Source of the DNA: the human T2T-CHM13v2.0 reference genome, Homo sapiens
Reading direction: 5' to 3' (one strand)
Assembly: GCF_009914755.1 (NCBI RefSeq)
Contig: NC_060927.1
DNA length: 64,000 nucleotides
In this document: piece by piece, positions 33,428 to 50,580 of the stretch
How positions within the stretch are numbered: the first letter of the stretch is position 1
Layout: every line of letters starts with the position of its first letter
The notes under the pieces: model-generated
Told to the model about the DNA's origin: nothing
Seen by the model: only the letters and a program-made list of their open reading frames with translations
Databases searched by the model: none
Program-made: the position numbers and the translations under genes

Positions 33428-33428
33428 A
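33097..33428 (+). mobile_element. Alu (AluS-type) with (AAAT)n tail
   Basis: Alu consensus; about 12 AAAT units; TSD aaaattattg. Confidence 0.95.
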
Positions 33429-36011
33429 ATTATTGTTACTTCTGGAGAGAAGAATAGAAAAGAAGCAATTTTCATTTCTTGGATTTCTTTATTGTTAGAC
33501 AATGAGTTCTTACTGCTTTCACAATTTGGTGGTAAAAAGTGCTCACGGTAGACATTTCCTTAAACAGCTGTAAGACTCAAATTATCCAGTGACAGTTTTC
33601 CTAAATATCCTTTGTTATCAGAGGGAAATCTTATTCCCTTTTCATTGGTTCTGATATTTATGTTTTGGGAATAATTTCAGCAGAGGAATAAATTTATGAA
33701 TCAAAACTACTATTTCTTCTACTCTACTAAATAAAAGTGAACTACATGATATTAAAACTGAATCTTAACATGCATTTCCCTAAGGATTCTAGACCTTTTC
33801 AGAAAGGATTAGTTATTATAATTCTATAAACTATCATTTTTATGTTTTCAAGATTAAAACATATTATTCTACAGCCACACGCGAGTCAGGCACTATAAAT
33901 AGTTTTCTTTTTAGCATGTGATATCACTATAAATACTGAAAGATCTTAATACTTGTTGACTGCAAGGGAGATTTCATTTTCCAAACTTTGGTTTTGGAGT
34001 AGCAGATCCTGTTCCATAAGAAAATTTTGAAATCATTGCTGTTTGTGGAACACTCCCAGGCCTTGGGTGATACTTACCTCCTCCTTTGTTTTCCTCTGCC
34101 TCGTGTCTTCTTATAACTCTATCATTCAATCAAAGGGATTTCAAGTCAATTCATTTTTTCTTCTTCAGTCATTACTAGTGGCCAATTGTGATTAGCGAGT
34201 AGGCTCAAGCACAATACAGTAACTAGAATGAAATAATTAAGACTGGGCTTAATCAAAAAATCTCAGTGGGAAATATCAATCTTTTGATGACTGGCTGTTA
34301 GTCCCTCATTAAACATTTCCAGGGTACCTACCATGTCTCGGATTCTGTTCTTGGCACTGAGGACACAAAGATAAAAAGAAAATAAAGGGCTCCCTTCCTC
34401 AGGGAACCAACAATCTCAGTAGGGAGATGCCACAACTTAGTGTGACCTGTGCTATAATTAGAACAACCAGGCAACTGTCCCCAAGGTGGGACAGTTTTAA
34501 GAGTCAGAGGAGAAACTATGGATACGACAGCTGGAAAAAACATGTACACTCAGATTGTCACTGGCTCTAATGAAAGTTTATATAATACGTTATAGGAACA
34601 AAAAGGAAGGAGCTGGATGAAAAAACAACTGAAATAAAAATCACCATCCATTTCAATCCCCTAGTACTTTTAAAGCTAGGCTTTTAAAAATAATGTGCAA
34701 TTAAATTATTTAACTTGTGAAGAGCCTTTACTCAAATGGCCATGTATAAAAGGCACTATTAAAAGCAAGGTTGCCCAGTGTAATTTTTGAAAGTTGTATG
34801 GAAATTTGGGTACACAGAGAAGGTTAAAGATAATTTATTCCCAGAACAAGTCTGTCATAGATATATTCATTTAATATCAAAAGTTAATAAACCGGTTCTA
34901 ACGGAGTATTTATTTGAAAGCTCCCATCCGAAGCTTTCCTTTTTTACCCATTGCCATTCCCAGCACTGTTTAAAACTTCAATCCGAGCCACTGCAGATAA
35001 TATATGTGCTTGTCTGGCGTAAGGAATAAATTAATTTTGCATGTAATTCCCCACAATGACCTATATGATGGGCAATTCTATTTTATACTTTTTTCCCCCA
35101 GAATGGCAATAAATAGCACTAGATATATATGAAATGATACCTTGCTATGGTTTAAAATGTCTAATTATTTTTAGCTTACTCACGTAAGTATTTCTAGTCC
35201 ACAAAAGCACAGGTTTTTCTAGAGGGACTTATAACCATGTAAAATAAATTTTCTGTGTGTGTCTTTAATGTCTGTCCCTGTTGACAAATTTGTTTGTTTT
35301 CCCGAGTCAGCTGCCTAGGGTCAGATGGGCTGCACACATTCTGTGTACAGAGGCTTTCAGAGGGAGCAAAGTCTTATTTGCCATCCAAACAGCCCATTCC
35401 ACCGGGGCAGGCTGGAAATGACATTTGCATGTGTGCAGCAGATACCTGAACAGTCGGTACATTGTGAAAAAACATCTGGACACCCATTATGTGGTATTTG
35501 GACAAATATGGATCATTGCTTGTCTGTAGGGAAAGGAGTTGCTGGGCTTAGGTCCTAACTTTGAGCACTCATCTATCCAGGTTTTTCTTGTATCTGTGAA
35601 TCGAAGGTCTGGGGTTCCACGCTCTCTAAGCCTCCTCCCTACCAAAAGAATCCTAGCCCAGTCCATAGCCTTGAGATAATTCATCAGAGGGAGCAGCTGA
35701 TGCAAACCATTTTGTTTCATATAAGCTTTCAGGCTTAACAAGATGGGACAACCATGATGACAATGTGTCAAAGGGGAAGCAGGAGGTGAAAAAGGAGGAA
35801 ATGCTGTCATCCCCGTTTGAATACACAGGGCTCTGCCGCTGGCCTCTAAGTCTACCACGGCTGGCTTTCTTTGGGATATTTAAATGCATAAAGATTCAGG
35901 GTAATAAAATAAGACCTCATAAGTCACCTATAACAACACCTAATTTTCCAACAAATAATTATGATTTTCACCCAAATAATAATTACTACTCCTAATAATA
36001 AACTTTAAGAA

Positions 36012-36198
36012 GGCAGACCCAGGTTTTATAGGGTCAGAAAGTTTTGCAGTTTTGAGAGTATCCTTTAAGAAAGAGAATATATAATTAGGCAAAAAAATAT
36101 AAAGACATTCTTAGGGGTCCTTCTAGGGCCTTTGGAAGGGGCTGTGCAATTGAGGGGCTTATAGATTAAGCAAAATTAGTTTCACAGTAAGTCTGCTT
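36012..36198 (+). mobile_element. MER53-like hAT MITE
   Basis: ggcagacccaggtttt...ctttaagaaa...tttggaaggggctgtgcaattgagggg...ttagtttcacagtaagtctgc. Confidence 0.7.
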
Positions 36199-36379
36199 CT
36201 TACTATGTGTTCAATAAATACTTGTTGCATAAATGAATGACAAGTAAAAACAAATCCTAACATTTCTATGTCTCAAGAACTATGCTGAGTACTTTACAGG
36301 TTATAAACTCATTGGGTACTCACAACCATACTATGAGATCAAAATTGCTAATAGTTATTGCTACTTGGCGGCAAGCATT

Positions 36380-36590
36380 GGCTGCTCTTGGTGCTTTACA
36401 ATATTTAGCAGTGTAATTCTGACAAGAGCACTAGAAGGCAGGCGCTCTTATTACAATTCCTGGTTTCCTGATAAGGAATCCAAGGCACAGAGAGGTTAAG
36501 TCCACTGCTGATGGTCACATAGCTAGAAATGGCAGAGCTGGTATTCAAAGCCAGGTAGTCTGGCTTCAGAATCTGTCCTTCTGGCCGCAC
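36380..36590. mobile_element. MIR
   Basis: aaggcacagagaggttaagt...ggtcacatagctagaaatggcagagctggtattcaaagccagg. Confidence 0.75.
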
Positions 36591-36693
36591 TCCAGCCTCC
36601 TAGATAAGGCTCAGAGAGATTCAGTGAAAAGTCAACTTTGTTCATGCCTGAAATCAGCCCAAATCTCTCTTGCATTAGCCTATGTTACACAGC

Positions 36694-36986
36694 TTTTTTT
36701 TTTTTTTTTTTTTGACAGTCTTGCTCTGTCACCCAGGATGGAGTGCAGTGGTGCAATCTCAGCTCACCAACCTCCGCCTCCAGGGTTCAACTGATTCTCA
36801 TGCCTCAGCCACCCAAGTAGCTGGGATTACAGGCACACGCCACCACACCCAGCTAAATATGTTTTTAGAAGAAACGGGGTTTTGCCATGTTGCCCTGGCT
36901 GGTCTTGAACTCCTGGCCCCAAGTGATTCACCCTCCTCTGCCTCCCAAAGTGCTGGGATTACAGGCATGAGCCACCGCGCCCGGCT
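36694..36986 (-). mobile_element. Alu
   Basis: Alu consensus. Confidence 0.93.
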
Positions 36987-38449
36987 GGTATACACTTCTT
37001 AGATAACACAAATATTGCCTGCTTACTAGCATGGGAAGCAAATACTTCTCAGCTCAGTCTTCATTAGAACCCAGACTTCGCTGAAATGTAAGAGAAAAGG
37101 AAGAACTGAGTTGAAGTCACATTGAAAACCCAGTGGAAAAAAGGAAAAAAACATTAGATGTCTTTCCATTCAAGATGATGATTCCTAGGGTTCAGAAGGA
37201 GTTACCTTAATCACTCGCTCTCCTCACAGCCTGCGGCCATTAGCCCAGCCTAGTGAGAGAATCTTTCTCCCAATGAAGCCACTTGATATAAATAATTTTA
37301 AAAGATTCCAATTCAAATGTATTTTGGTCATATTCCACTTCCTCCACCACCACCACCACCACCCACATCTTGCAATAATATCAGGGAACTTGGATTCAAA
37401 TACCTACTCATAAGGAAAATGACTGGGCCATCCCTCCAGGAAGTGGCATCCATTTCCTTATATCCTTGGGAAAGGTACTTAACCTGTTTGAACCTTCACG
37501 GTTTTTCCTCTGTAAATTAAATCAGGATGATGACTTTGGGCTGGCTGAGCTCCCTTTGCTCCTGCAGATCTCCTCTCTATGCTTTCCCATCCTGCTCTGG
37601 GTACCAGACAGCCCTCTTTGGCCAGTGGGGGCCTCAGCAGGAAATTGGAGGTCGGGGAGTTTATTCTTCCAACTTCCTCCTTGCAAGTGAGGCTGCTTCA
37701 CCTTTTGTAAGACAGTATCTATTAGTAGTGCCACCACACAGCCTCTCTGTGTCCTCTCCCCTCCAGACCTAGGAGCAAAATCTCTGGGCCACTGCACACC
37801 TCCCGCCCCATGTGGTTTTCCACCCTTTCCATAACTTCCCAAATAGTTCTTTTATTAAACCCTTCCCAGATCACCCAATATGAGGGTACCATCCGTTTCT
37901 GGGAGGGTCCTTGACTGATACAGACATCTTAATAACTAGGACGTTGTGAGAATTAGGGAGAAAGGAAATTTGGAAAATTGCTTTCTCTACTGATAGTTAA
38001 AGTGAGCCAGCTGGGCTTTCAGTAGGGAGAGGGAAAAGGAGTAGATTGCACATCTGCCACAAGCCCCTCCCCTGAAGCCTAAACTTCCCAAGGGCACCAT
38101 CACTGAGTCCCCAAGCCAGCAGATGTAACACACCTGTGACAGGTGAGGAGCAGGGCCTCCAGGAGAGGCATTAATGTTAGATGTGAAGCTGCTTAAAATG
38201 ATCCCACCTGAAAACTGACAGTGTTCATTCTCAAACAGCTCTACAAGATCATAGCCTTAAGTAACTGAATGTCAGTAAGAACAACAGTAAAAGTATTCCT
38301 TGGGCATTTACTATGCCAGACACAAGTCTCTTAACTTATCCAATGCTCACAAAAACCCAGTTAGACAGTGAGTACTATTATTACATCCCCATTTTTCAGA
38401 CAGGGGATCTGAGTGTGTAAGTAGCATGCACAAGGCAAAAAATGCTAAT

Positions 38450-39005
38450 AGTGGTTGTTCTGGTTATCTGCTGCTGTGTAGTAAACCACTCCAAAACTTG
38501 CTCGTGTAAAACAACCACCATTTTTTTGTGCTCAGGGATTCTAATGGTCAGGAATTCAGACAAGGGCTCCAGAGAACTGGCTGGTCTTTGCTCTATAATG
38601 TCTTGCTATCAGCTGGGAAGACTTGGGTAGCTGGTGGCTAGAATAATCTGAAGGCATTCTTATTCATATGTTTGGCACTTGGGCTGAGATGACTTGACCA
38701 TCTGGGCTTCACTAGGACAGCCAACCAGAGTGTCTGCATATGACCTCTTCATGTAGCTTGGGCTTCCTCACAGCATGGAGGCCCTCAGAGTAGTTAGACT
38801 TCCTATGTGGTAGCTCAGGGCTTCAGGAGTAACTATTCCAGTGAATAAGGTAAAAACAGCATCTCCGTTTATGATCTAGCTGAAGTCACATAGTATCACT
38901 TCCGCCCGCCCACATTCAAGGGTACAATATACATGACAGGACATAGACTTCACATCTTGATGGGGGGAGGGTCAAAGAATTTGCAGCCATGTTTAAAAAC
39001 CATCA
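38450..39005 (-). mobile_element. MLT1 LTR
   Basis: ttatctgctgctgtgtagtaaaccactccaaaactt...gggcttcctcacagcatgg...aaagaatttgcagccatgttt. Confidence 0.7.
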
Positions 39006-39629
39006 GAGTGAAACACAAATTTGACCCTAGTCAATGCCTCAGTTTAGCCACCATTTCATTGGGAATGACCTAAAAAATATAATCCAGCACCTGAGATTTG
39101 TATAGTCTTTTACACTTCACAAATCAATTGCTTGATTTGTGAAACTTATGCTGGTATTTCTATCCCTGTTGTACAGTTAAGGAAACTAAAGCAGCTCTGA
39201 GACTTAAGTAACTTGCCTAAAGCCAAATAGCTAGTAATTCTGACCTCCTGAACCCAAGTCTAGGGCTCTCTCCTGTAAACACTGGTCTTGACTATAGCAA
39301 GTAGCTTGGGCTGTGATTCAGAGGCTCCAGTTAAACCACTTTTCAAAAACATCTCTTCTAACAATTAAAGTTTGATTCCTGTGGGTTTGGAAGGAATCAC
39401 TGCTTTTGGCAGTACGCAAATAGCATAAGATGAGTATGAACAATTACCTGTCTCTCCTCCATAGGGCACGACTTAAGGCAAAACCCTGCTGGGAAGCAGA
39501 AGGGGCTTAAGTGACAAGGACAAAAAGGTCAAGGGAGAGGAAATGCCACCACTGAAAGACATACTATGAGCCTGTGGCTATGCCAGGTGCTTTATTTTCC
39601 TCATTTCATTTAACACTTCTAAAGACACG

Positions 39630-40485
<856 letters not shown>

Positions 40486-41189
40486 ACGCCTTCATTTCCT
40501 GTAATCTTTATGACAATCATTGTTATTTCCAGATTAGGAAACCAGGGGAGAAGAAATTAAATAACTTGCCTAGCACTGGCCAGCTGATAGTTAGGGCTAT
40601 AGCCTGGATCTTTTTGAGCAGGCAATCTCCGCTGCTTTGACTGACACATGTTCCTTTTGATGGGCGAGACAGAACCTGGATGAAAAGTCTGCAGAATGCT
40701 AAGGAGAAGCAATGTCTCTCTCATGCTTTTGTCTGGGTCAGGCTGGTCCCAAGATAATTAATTATGAAAACAAATACCTCTCCCACAGGCTGTAGAGCTA
40801 GACTCCAGCAGCCACCACCAGAAGCTGGACTTAAGCAGGACTTGGCTGGATCATTTATGTGATCCTTGTGGTGTCAGCTGAGGTTGCACAGCTGGCGGAT
40901 GGATTGGCTGTGAGAATCCAACATGGTGTCACGCATGCCTGGCACCTTGGTGGAGATGGCTGGAAGCCTGGGCTCTACTGGGACAGTTGAGTGGGATACC
41001 TACATGTGGCCTAGCTTCTGAAGCCTCAGCTTCAGGAAGGTCTTGGAAAAAACTGTTTGTTGGTTGTATCTTTCTGGGGTTCACAAAAGACAGGAAACAG
41101 CTGGGGAAAACAGCTGGGGAAAGAGAGATGTTTGTCACCAGTTGTGAAGTCTCTCTGGGACAGTGATTAAAGTGCCCTTTACTGCCTGC

Positions 41190-41710
41190 CTACAGACTGA
41201 CTTCCCATCTCAGTTAATGGCAATTCCATTCATCCTGATGTTCAGACCAAAAACTTTGGAGTCATTACCAATCCTTTCTTTCATATCCCCATCCAATCCA
41301 TCAGCAAATCCTGTTGACTCTATCTTGAAAATATACCCAGAATGTAACCACTTCTTATTTCCTCCCCTGTGACCACGAGAATCAAGCTACCATCACCGCT
41401 TGTCTAGATTATTGCAGTCACCTCCTCACTGGTCTCCCTGCCTCCTGCCCCCTTGCCTACTGCCACTGCCGAGAGGCCTTTCTTGGCCATCCCAGATAAA
41501 CAGCACAGGCCTCCTTTAACCTTTCCTCCTTATTGAGTTGTGTCTTTCTACATGGCACTCATCTTTATTTATGATTTATTTTCTGTCTCCCCCTTTGTAT
41601 GGATGGGATTTTGTCTGTTTTTTTTTCACTGCTTTATCCTCAGTATCTAGAACAATATTTAGTGTGTAATAGGCCTGTAATAGTTATCAAATGTCATTGA
41701 ATGAATTGAA
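41190..41710 (+). mobile_element. L2 fragment
   Basis: ccatcagcaaatcctgttgactctatcttgaaaatatacccagaat...ctagattattgcagtcacctcctcactggtctccctgc; ends ttgaatgaattgaa. Confidence 0.7.
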
Positions 41711-43942
41711 TCACAGACTTCCTTAAAAATCTGATGACAGCAGAGACCTTCTGCTCAGATCAATACTTGCACAGGCCTTGTTTTGCAGACAATTTCTGGG
41801 AGTCCCCAGATTTCGTGTGTCCATGCAAGTTAAGAGCCTCTGCTTTAGAGTGCCAGTTTCAAAAGGCAGGAAGTCTAACCTCTGAATTCTAGAGAGTTGG
41901 ATGTCAATCTCTAATTAGACTCGAGTCAGGTCTCTAGTTATTTAGATTATTCTTTTATCCACTCAACCAACATTTGTTCCGTGTCAGCTGTGTGATAAGC
42001 TCTGTGCTAGCCCCTGTGCTAGGGGAACAGAGGTATCTGTTCTTAAGGCCCGTAGACCAGAAGAAACATCACCAGGTAAACACCTAACTCTAATAAGATC
42101 ACTTCAAAACTGAAGTGTTGTGCATCGTTCAGTGAAGATCTAAGGGATGCCATGACTAACTTTTCTTAGGTGACCTAGGAAGAACCCACAGAGAAGGACA
42201 GGCTTGAATTGGGTCTTGAAGCACGAGTAGGAGTTTGTCTGGCAGACACCAGGGAGAAAGGGTGAGACAGGCAAAGGGCCAGCAAACATCCTGGCATCCA
42301 CAAAGAGAAAGCCACACATTTAGTCTAAAAATTCAACTGCAACAAAACTGTCTTTGTTTAGACTTCCCCTAGAAGCAGACCTGCATCAAGGATTTGAGCA
42401 TAAGTCACTTATTTGGGGATCTGAAGGGAGTATGGGAAGAGAACTGTGAAGTAATGAGGAGTAGAGAAGGCAGCCAATAGAGGGGGCATTGCTAAATTAC
42501 TTACAGACACTGGGCACCTGGAGGTTAACCCCCAGGGAAGCTCTGGGAAATCATGTACAACACATGGCTCAGAATTATTTCACTCCAGGATAATGAAGCT
42601 AGGGTATGTAGACACTGACTCCTGAGCATTGAGAGTTATCGTTGAGGGCTGCATCTCCATTTTTCTATCTTTCCCCAACATATTGGCTTGGTCCTCAGAC
42701 CAGCTTTCTCCATACCAATCACGATGGCAAAGGGAAGTGGGATAGCCCCCAACTGTCCTGAACCAATCATCGTCCAGCCAGGAGCTGGGGGTGGGATCAA
42801 ACTCATTCTTCCATGATGGCCCCCATAGTGGAGGGGTTGATAGATGTTGAGGAAGAAATCTCAATGGCTATCAAATCCCTCTTTTCATACATGAACTCAT
42901 CTTTCAACTTCAAGATGTGGTTTAGGAGGCTCTGAGGAACCGTGGCATGTGTTCGTAGTTCCAGGTGGCTGTTGTTTGATTTGGTGGCTCCCTAGATTTG
43001 GGGAGATGACCAAGGTCCTGGTTGGTTCAGTCTTCTATGTCTGACTCTGCCATATTTCACCAGTCACTGTTTGCTGAAAAGCCTCCTACCTCCCACAGAT
43101 TTTAAGTTCTCTGGTTTTGAGTTTCAACATCTCCCTCGATCAATTTTAGGAAACGTGATTCTTATTACTCAAGAAAAGAAAAAGGAGTGGGGGAAATTGA
43201 GAGGTGACATTGAAAAGCCCTGGACTGGGGTGATGATTGACATTCAGGGAGAGAGCACAGACCCTTTCCTGTGAGGCTAATTTTGAGAATAATAAAGCAA
43301 AGGGGCCCCCTCCCTCCGTGAAAGCTGCCTTGACATAAAAGGACAATTGTTCTGCAGTAGCTTTCAATTATTTCCCTCTGATGCTATCTAGCTAAACCTG
43401 AACTGGTTTTGACGGGTTCTGGAGAGCTTTTTAGTTTAGTTGCTCACAGCAGGGGCAAAGCATAAATTGAGCAGCCCAGAAGGCTGAGACCTTAAGCAAA
43501 ATGGAAGACTTCCCCAGGTTGAGACATCGAATCAATAACAAATAGCATTCTGTGCTGTGGACACCAAGGTGAGCATCAGGAAGCCTAATATTTATTTTTT
43601 CCTTTCCCTGCCTTCAAAAAGTGGCTTGGAAGAGAGAGAAAAGTCCAGGCTGATGCCTAGGGGTGTGGTTCTGGAGACAGAAGGGGTAGAGAAACAGACA
43701 GGCATCAAATTTTTCAATCAATTCTTGAAAATATTCATATAGAATCTTTAGGGCTGTATTTTTGCCTGGAGCTAATTACCTTAAACCTAAATCACATAGC
43801 GCAATAGGATAACTAGGATAACTGCTTTCTTGGAATTCACTGTCCTAACAGAAAGGAGATTCTCAGGACTGACTCTTTAGTTAATTTGGGGGCAGGGAGA
43901 GAAGTGGAGTGGAGAGTGTGGGAAGGGAAAACCCATAAGGCC

Positions 43943-44905
<963 letters not shown>

Positions 44906-45107
44906 TGTCCTAAGTCCCTGTGACAATGTCCTAAGTCATTGGCTCCTGCAGTTTCTATCAGAACAGCCCTTTTCCCAAATCCCCATGGCTATATTCTCAC
45001 TGGGCATTGTTGATTGGATGAAGGGCAGGCAGTGGGCTTAAGCTACAACATTGTGCCCCTTCCCTGGGAAATTACGTGTGAGACCCAGCTTGATCTGGCT
45101 ATTCCTG

Positions 45108-45477
45108 TGTATTAGTCCATTTTCACACTGCTGATAAAGACACACCTGAGACTGGGCAATTTACAAAATAAAGAGATTTAATGGGACTTACACTTCCACA
45201 TGGCTGGGGAGGCCTCACAATCATGGTGGAAGGCAAGGAGGAGCAAGTCATATCTTACATGGATGGCAGCAGGTCAAGAGAGGGCTTGTGCAGGGAAACT
45301 CCCATTTTTAAAACCATCAGATCTCATGAGACTCATTCACTATCACAAGAATAGTGCAGGAAAGACCCACCCCCATAATTCAATCACCTCCCACTGGGTT
45401 CCTCCTATGACATGTGGGAATTGTAGGAGTTACAATTCAAGATGAGATTTGAGTGGGGATGCAGTCAAACCATACCA
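45108..45477 (-). mobile_element. THE1 (THE1A-like) solo LTR
   Basis: 370 bp with TG...CA ends (tgtattagtccattttcacactgctgataaagac...aaaccatacca); exact 5-bp TSD TCCTG at 45103-45107 and 45478-45482. Confidence 0.93.
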
Positions 45478-46577
45478 TCCTGTTAACCCAGGAAATATGT
45501 AGTGGGGAGCAGTTGGTCACCATTTCCCACAAGTAGACCGGTAACAGAGAAAGCTGCTCTGCCACAGGAATCCAAAGAAGAAAAACAGTGGGACTTGGGA
45601 CTCGGGGCTGGGTGGTGGGGAGGTTTCCAGGTCTCCCAACTTGGGGTTATACATGGCAGAGCATGAGAGAATCTCAGTAACTACCACCTTTGTCTCTGGA
45701 AGAGGGCCAGTTTCCAGGCTGAGGGGCTTCATGCAACTGTCCCTGCAGCTTAGAAGGTCTAAGATGACCCACAAACCTGGAATAGTCAAACCTTTTAGGA
45801 AAGATCCCTAAAAATCAGCTTAAACACAGCATTTCTGTGTCATAGCAACATCCACCTCCTTTAAAATTTATAAAAAATGAGCAGATATTTTGCAAGCTTC
45901 AAGAATAAGGGCTTTTGGGGTCTCAAACTGGTTCTATTTGTAAAGGAATCATCAGTCTTTAATTTCTGCAGCTGCAACTTCTAAATCTAGGCTCTCTGTT
46001 GACTTTGGGGGTATAATTGCATGTCTTTCCTGTTTTCTCATCTATGAACTGGAACTAAGAGTACCAATCTGATCGGATTGCTTTGAAGAATAATAAAAGG
46101 GTTATGAATCATGATAGAGACATGGAAATGTCTCTTATGAATGAGTCACCATCTCCAGGAGGCACTGCTGTAGAATAGTGAAAAAGAGGCCTTTGGTGAA
46201 GATTTATTGAAATCCCAGCCTATTCAACTATCCAATTATGTGATCTTGGATGAATTACCGCCCTGGGCTTCAGATTCCTCATTGCAGATACTGACTAACA
46301 ATGCCTATTTTGCAGAACTTTTGTAGGAATTGAATGAGATAATGTATGAAGACACCAGATATACAGTAGGTGTTCAAAGATATGTTTCCCTTCCCTCTGT
46401 GACCTAGATTAGTTAGGATATACCCCTTGTTACAGTATGGCTGTGATAAAAGACTACCTTTCCTCTCCAAATAACAATGGCTAAAATCAGCTAAACATTT
46501 CTTTCTTTCTCATGTAACAATCTGAACACTGGGAATCCAGGTTGATGGATAGTTCTGTGGCTTTGGGAGCCCTAGGC

Positions 46578-46871
46578 TTTTTTTTTTTTTTTTTAAGAGA
46601 CAGGGTCTCAGGCCGTCACTCAGGCTGGAGTGCAATGGCATGATCATGGCTCACAGCAGCGTTGAATTCCTAGGCTCAAGCAATCCTCCTGCATCAGCCT
46701 TCCAAGTAGCTAGGACTACATGGTCATGCCATCACACCTGGCTAATTTTTTGTTTGTTTGTTTTTTGTAGAGATGGGGTCTTCCCATATTGCCCAGGCTG
46801 GTCTTGGCCTCAAGTGATCCTCCTGCCTCAGCTTCCCAAAGCACTGGGATTACAGACCACTGCACCCCGCT
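46578..46871 (-). mobile_element. AluJ
   Basis: Diverged Alu consensus. Confidence 0.88.
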
Positions 46872-47491
46872 GCACCCAGGCACTTTCTATCGTGCGGTCC
46901 TGCCAACTTCAGTATGGAGCATCCATCTTGTAGTTTAAGATGGTGATTTTTAGCTAGGAGGAAAGAAAGAAGGGGCAATAGACAGCAATCCTCTCCTCTT
47001 TGAGGGCGTGGCGTAGAAGTTCTGCTCTCATCCGTTGGGCTAAATGTAAGCTAATTGCAAATGCAGCAGCCCCGTTTTTGAGATGAAACCCCAGCTCTAC
47101 CATTTACTATCTATGTGGCCTTGGCCAAGTCACTTAACATATTTGTGCTCCTGTTTTTAAACATTTCATGAAGTTATTGTGAAAAGTACATGGGTTAGTA
47201 AATCTAAAGCATTTAGGATAATTACTCAGCACATATAAAAGTATAAACTATTAATATTTTTATTTGTGTAGCTACTTAGCCACACCTAATTGTGAGGGAC
47301 ACTGGGAAATATCTTTAATTAGGTGGCTGTCTGTTCAGCTAAAGTTTTAGAATTCTATATTTGAAGGAGGGAAGAGTGGACACTAGCAAACAACCAGAGT
47401 TTCTGCCATATCTGGGTAGTTAAAACAAGTGAAAAGACTACAGAAGGGACATGATTGTAATCTCTAATTTGGGTCTTAAAAAGCCTACATA

Positions 47492-48432
<941 letters not shown>

Positions 48433-49467
48433 ACCCTACATAAAACTCCTCCTTGTGTGATAAAGCGAATGTGCACCATTCCTAGAGATTGAGAGAAGAA
48501 AAATAATAACAATATGTGAGGCTCAGTGCCCAGTTTGATCTCACCTGTCCACAATGCCATATTTGGAGGCCTCATAATATTCTGACTTTATGAAAAGTAC
48601 CACGTTTTTTAACCCCATTCTCTCTCCAGATCTTGTTGAATGCTTACCATCTGCCAGGCACTAGGCTAGGTGTCCATGGTGAATTCTCTTCTCTCTGGCA
48701 ATGCCATCATGCTCTGAAGGTTGTGAAGGCCCTCACAGGCAAGGCATCAGGACTCACCACTGTGATAGCGCAGCTCCCATGAAGGCATCCCCTGCTCCTT
48801 CCCCACCAGCCTCCACTCTCCGAATGTGTCAGGAGATCTAACTGGCTTTTCTGGTTACAGATTCACCACGTCAAGAGAGGGGAGGAACAGTTTGTCATGC
48901 AGTCATACACCTAATGCTAACATTACTTCAGCTTGTGCAATGGAGGCCTTGCTACCCCGGCCCAAAGCCTCTCCCCCAACTCCCAAAGCAACCACAGGCT
49001 GGGCCCAAAGGACCAGTTACTTACCTTCCAGCAAAGTGGATTTGAACATGGAAATTAAAAAACAAAGGAGTGATTCTTGGCATTATAAAAGATAGGCAAT
49101 AGAATTTCCAGAAAAACCTTGTAATACATTTTACCTTTTATTTGCCAGTAACTCTTCAAGAATGCATACTTAAATATATCTTTTGTACAAAGTTGATGTT
49201 TTATTGATGTTATTTGGTGGTGACTCTTTAGATAAAGACCCTAGCCACCTTTAAATTTCTCAGCTCCATCTTGTCTCCTCAAATAGTTTACTGTCCATAA
49301 ACAAACACTTAAATGTTTGTTGGCTCCTTTGGCTCAGAAGAGCCCTCCAATTAATTCTTTCTACAGCAAAAGAACCTGGTAAGCAAATAACCACTCCATA
49401 AACTGCTTGCCTAATGTGTTCCTTTCGGAGAGTCTTCTGGTGAGGCATGTTTTGGGTGTAATTACTC

Positions 49468-49785
49468 TGTTTTGTTTTTTTGTTTTTTTTTTTTGAGACA
49501 GGGTCTCCCTCTGTCACCAGGGAGTGCAGTAGTGAAACTGTGGCTCACTGCAACCTCAACCTCCCAGGCTCAAGCGATTCTCCTGCCTCAGCCTCCTGAG
49601 TAGCTGGAACTACAGGTATGTGCCACCATGTCCGGCTAATTTTTTGGGGGTTTTTTGTTTTTGTAAAGATGGGGGGTTTCACCATGTTGTCCAAGCTGGT
49701 CTCAAACTCCTGGGCTCAAGCGATCAGCCCACCTCAGCCTCCCAAAGTGCTGAGAGTATAGGCATTAGATGCCATGCCTCGTCTG
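49468..49785 (-). mobile_element. AluJ
   Basis: Alu consensus. Confidence 0.88.
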
Positions 49786-50526
49786 CTGTCCAGTTTTTTG
49801 ATGTGCTTCTGATTTCAATTTGCAACTATCGTGGCACTTCTTTAGAAGTTGTCAGCTTTGGATGGACAGGTTCCTGCTCCTCCTTGGGCAGAAAAAGGCG
49901 TTAGCTTTAGGACCTTCATATTCACCTTTTCCAAGAACTTTTAAGGGGGCCTAGAATTTTTGTGAGTAAAATACAAATAAAGCCTGTAGGTTTTGGCCCG
50001 TGGATTTTCGACAAGGTGCTATTAACATGCACAAGGTATTTTTAGCAGCCACTGCCTTGCGATTTCCCATCATTCCACAGAAGTCCTAGAGCAGCTCCTC
50101 CAAACTCAGATGATCTTTCCTCTAAAACCAATGTCCATCTCACTTGGGCTTCATCCTCAAACACAGTCATTCATGGGTTTCCATCTGCTTGTCATTTATG
50201 CTGTTTCCTTCTTTGAATGGGCCCCTTCAAGACCTGTTTCAGGTAAACATGCCCTTTCTTCAATAAACCTCAGTTATTTTCTGCTCTGCAACCTGATTGG
50301 GGTTAACTAAGCCACCCTACAAAGGACAAAGTTAACTGTGTGTATCCACCCACCCCCACCCCATCCTCTAGTCCTCTTATTGATTTTTGTGGAAAAATGT
50401 ATGTGTGTATACATTTAAATATATATAAAAATTTAAATTTTCTACTGATTTGTCACAGTAATTGCTAAAAAAAAGTAAAAAGTCTGAAGACCAGGAAAAG
50501 ACTCAAGTATTTCACCCTTCTAAGAT

Positions 50527-50529
<3 letters not shown>

Positions 50530-50572
<43 letters not shown>

Positions 50573-50580
50573 CACACACA
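50530..50580. repeat. (CA)n microsatellite with TA interruption
   Basis: About 18 CA units, then tatata, then more CA. Confidence 0.95.
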
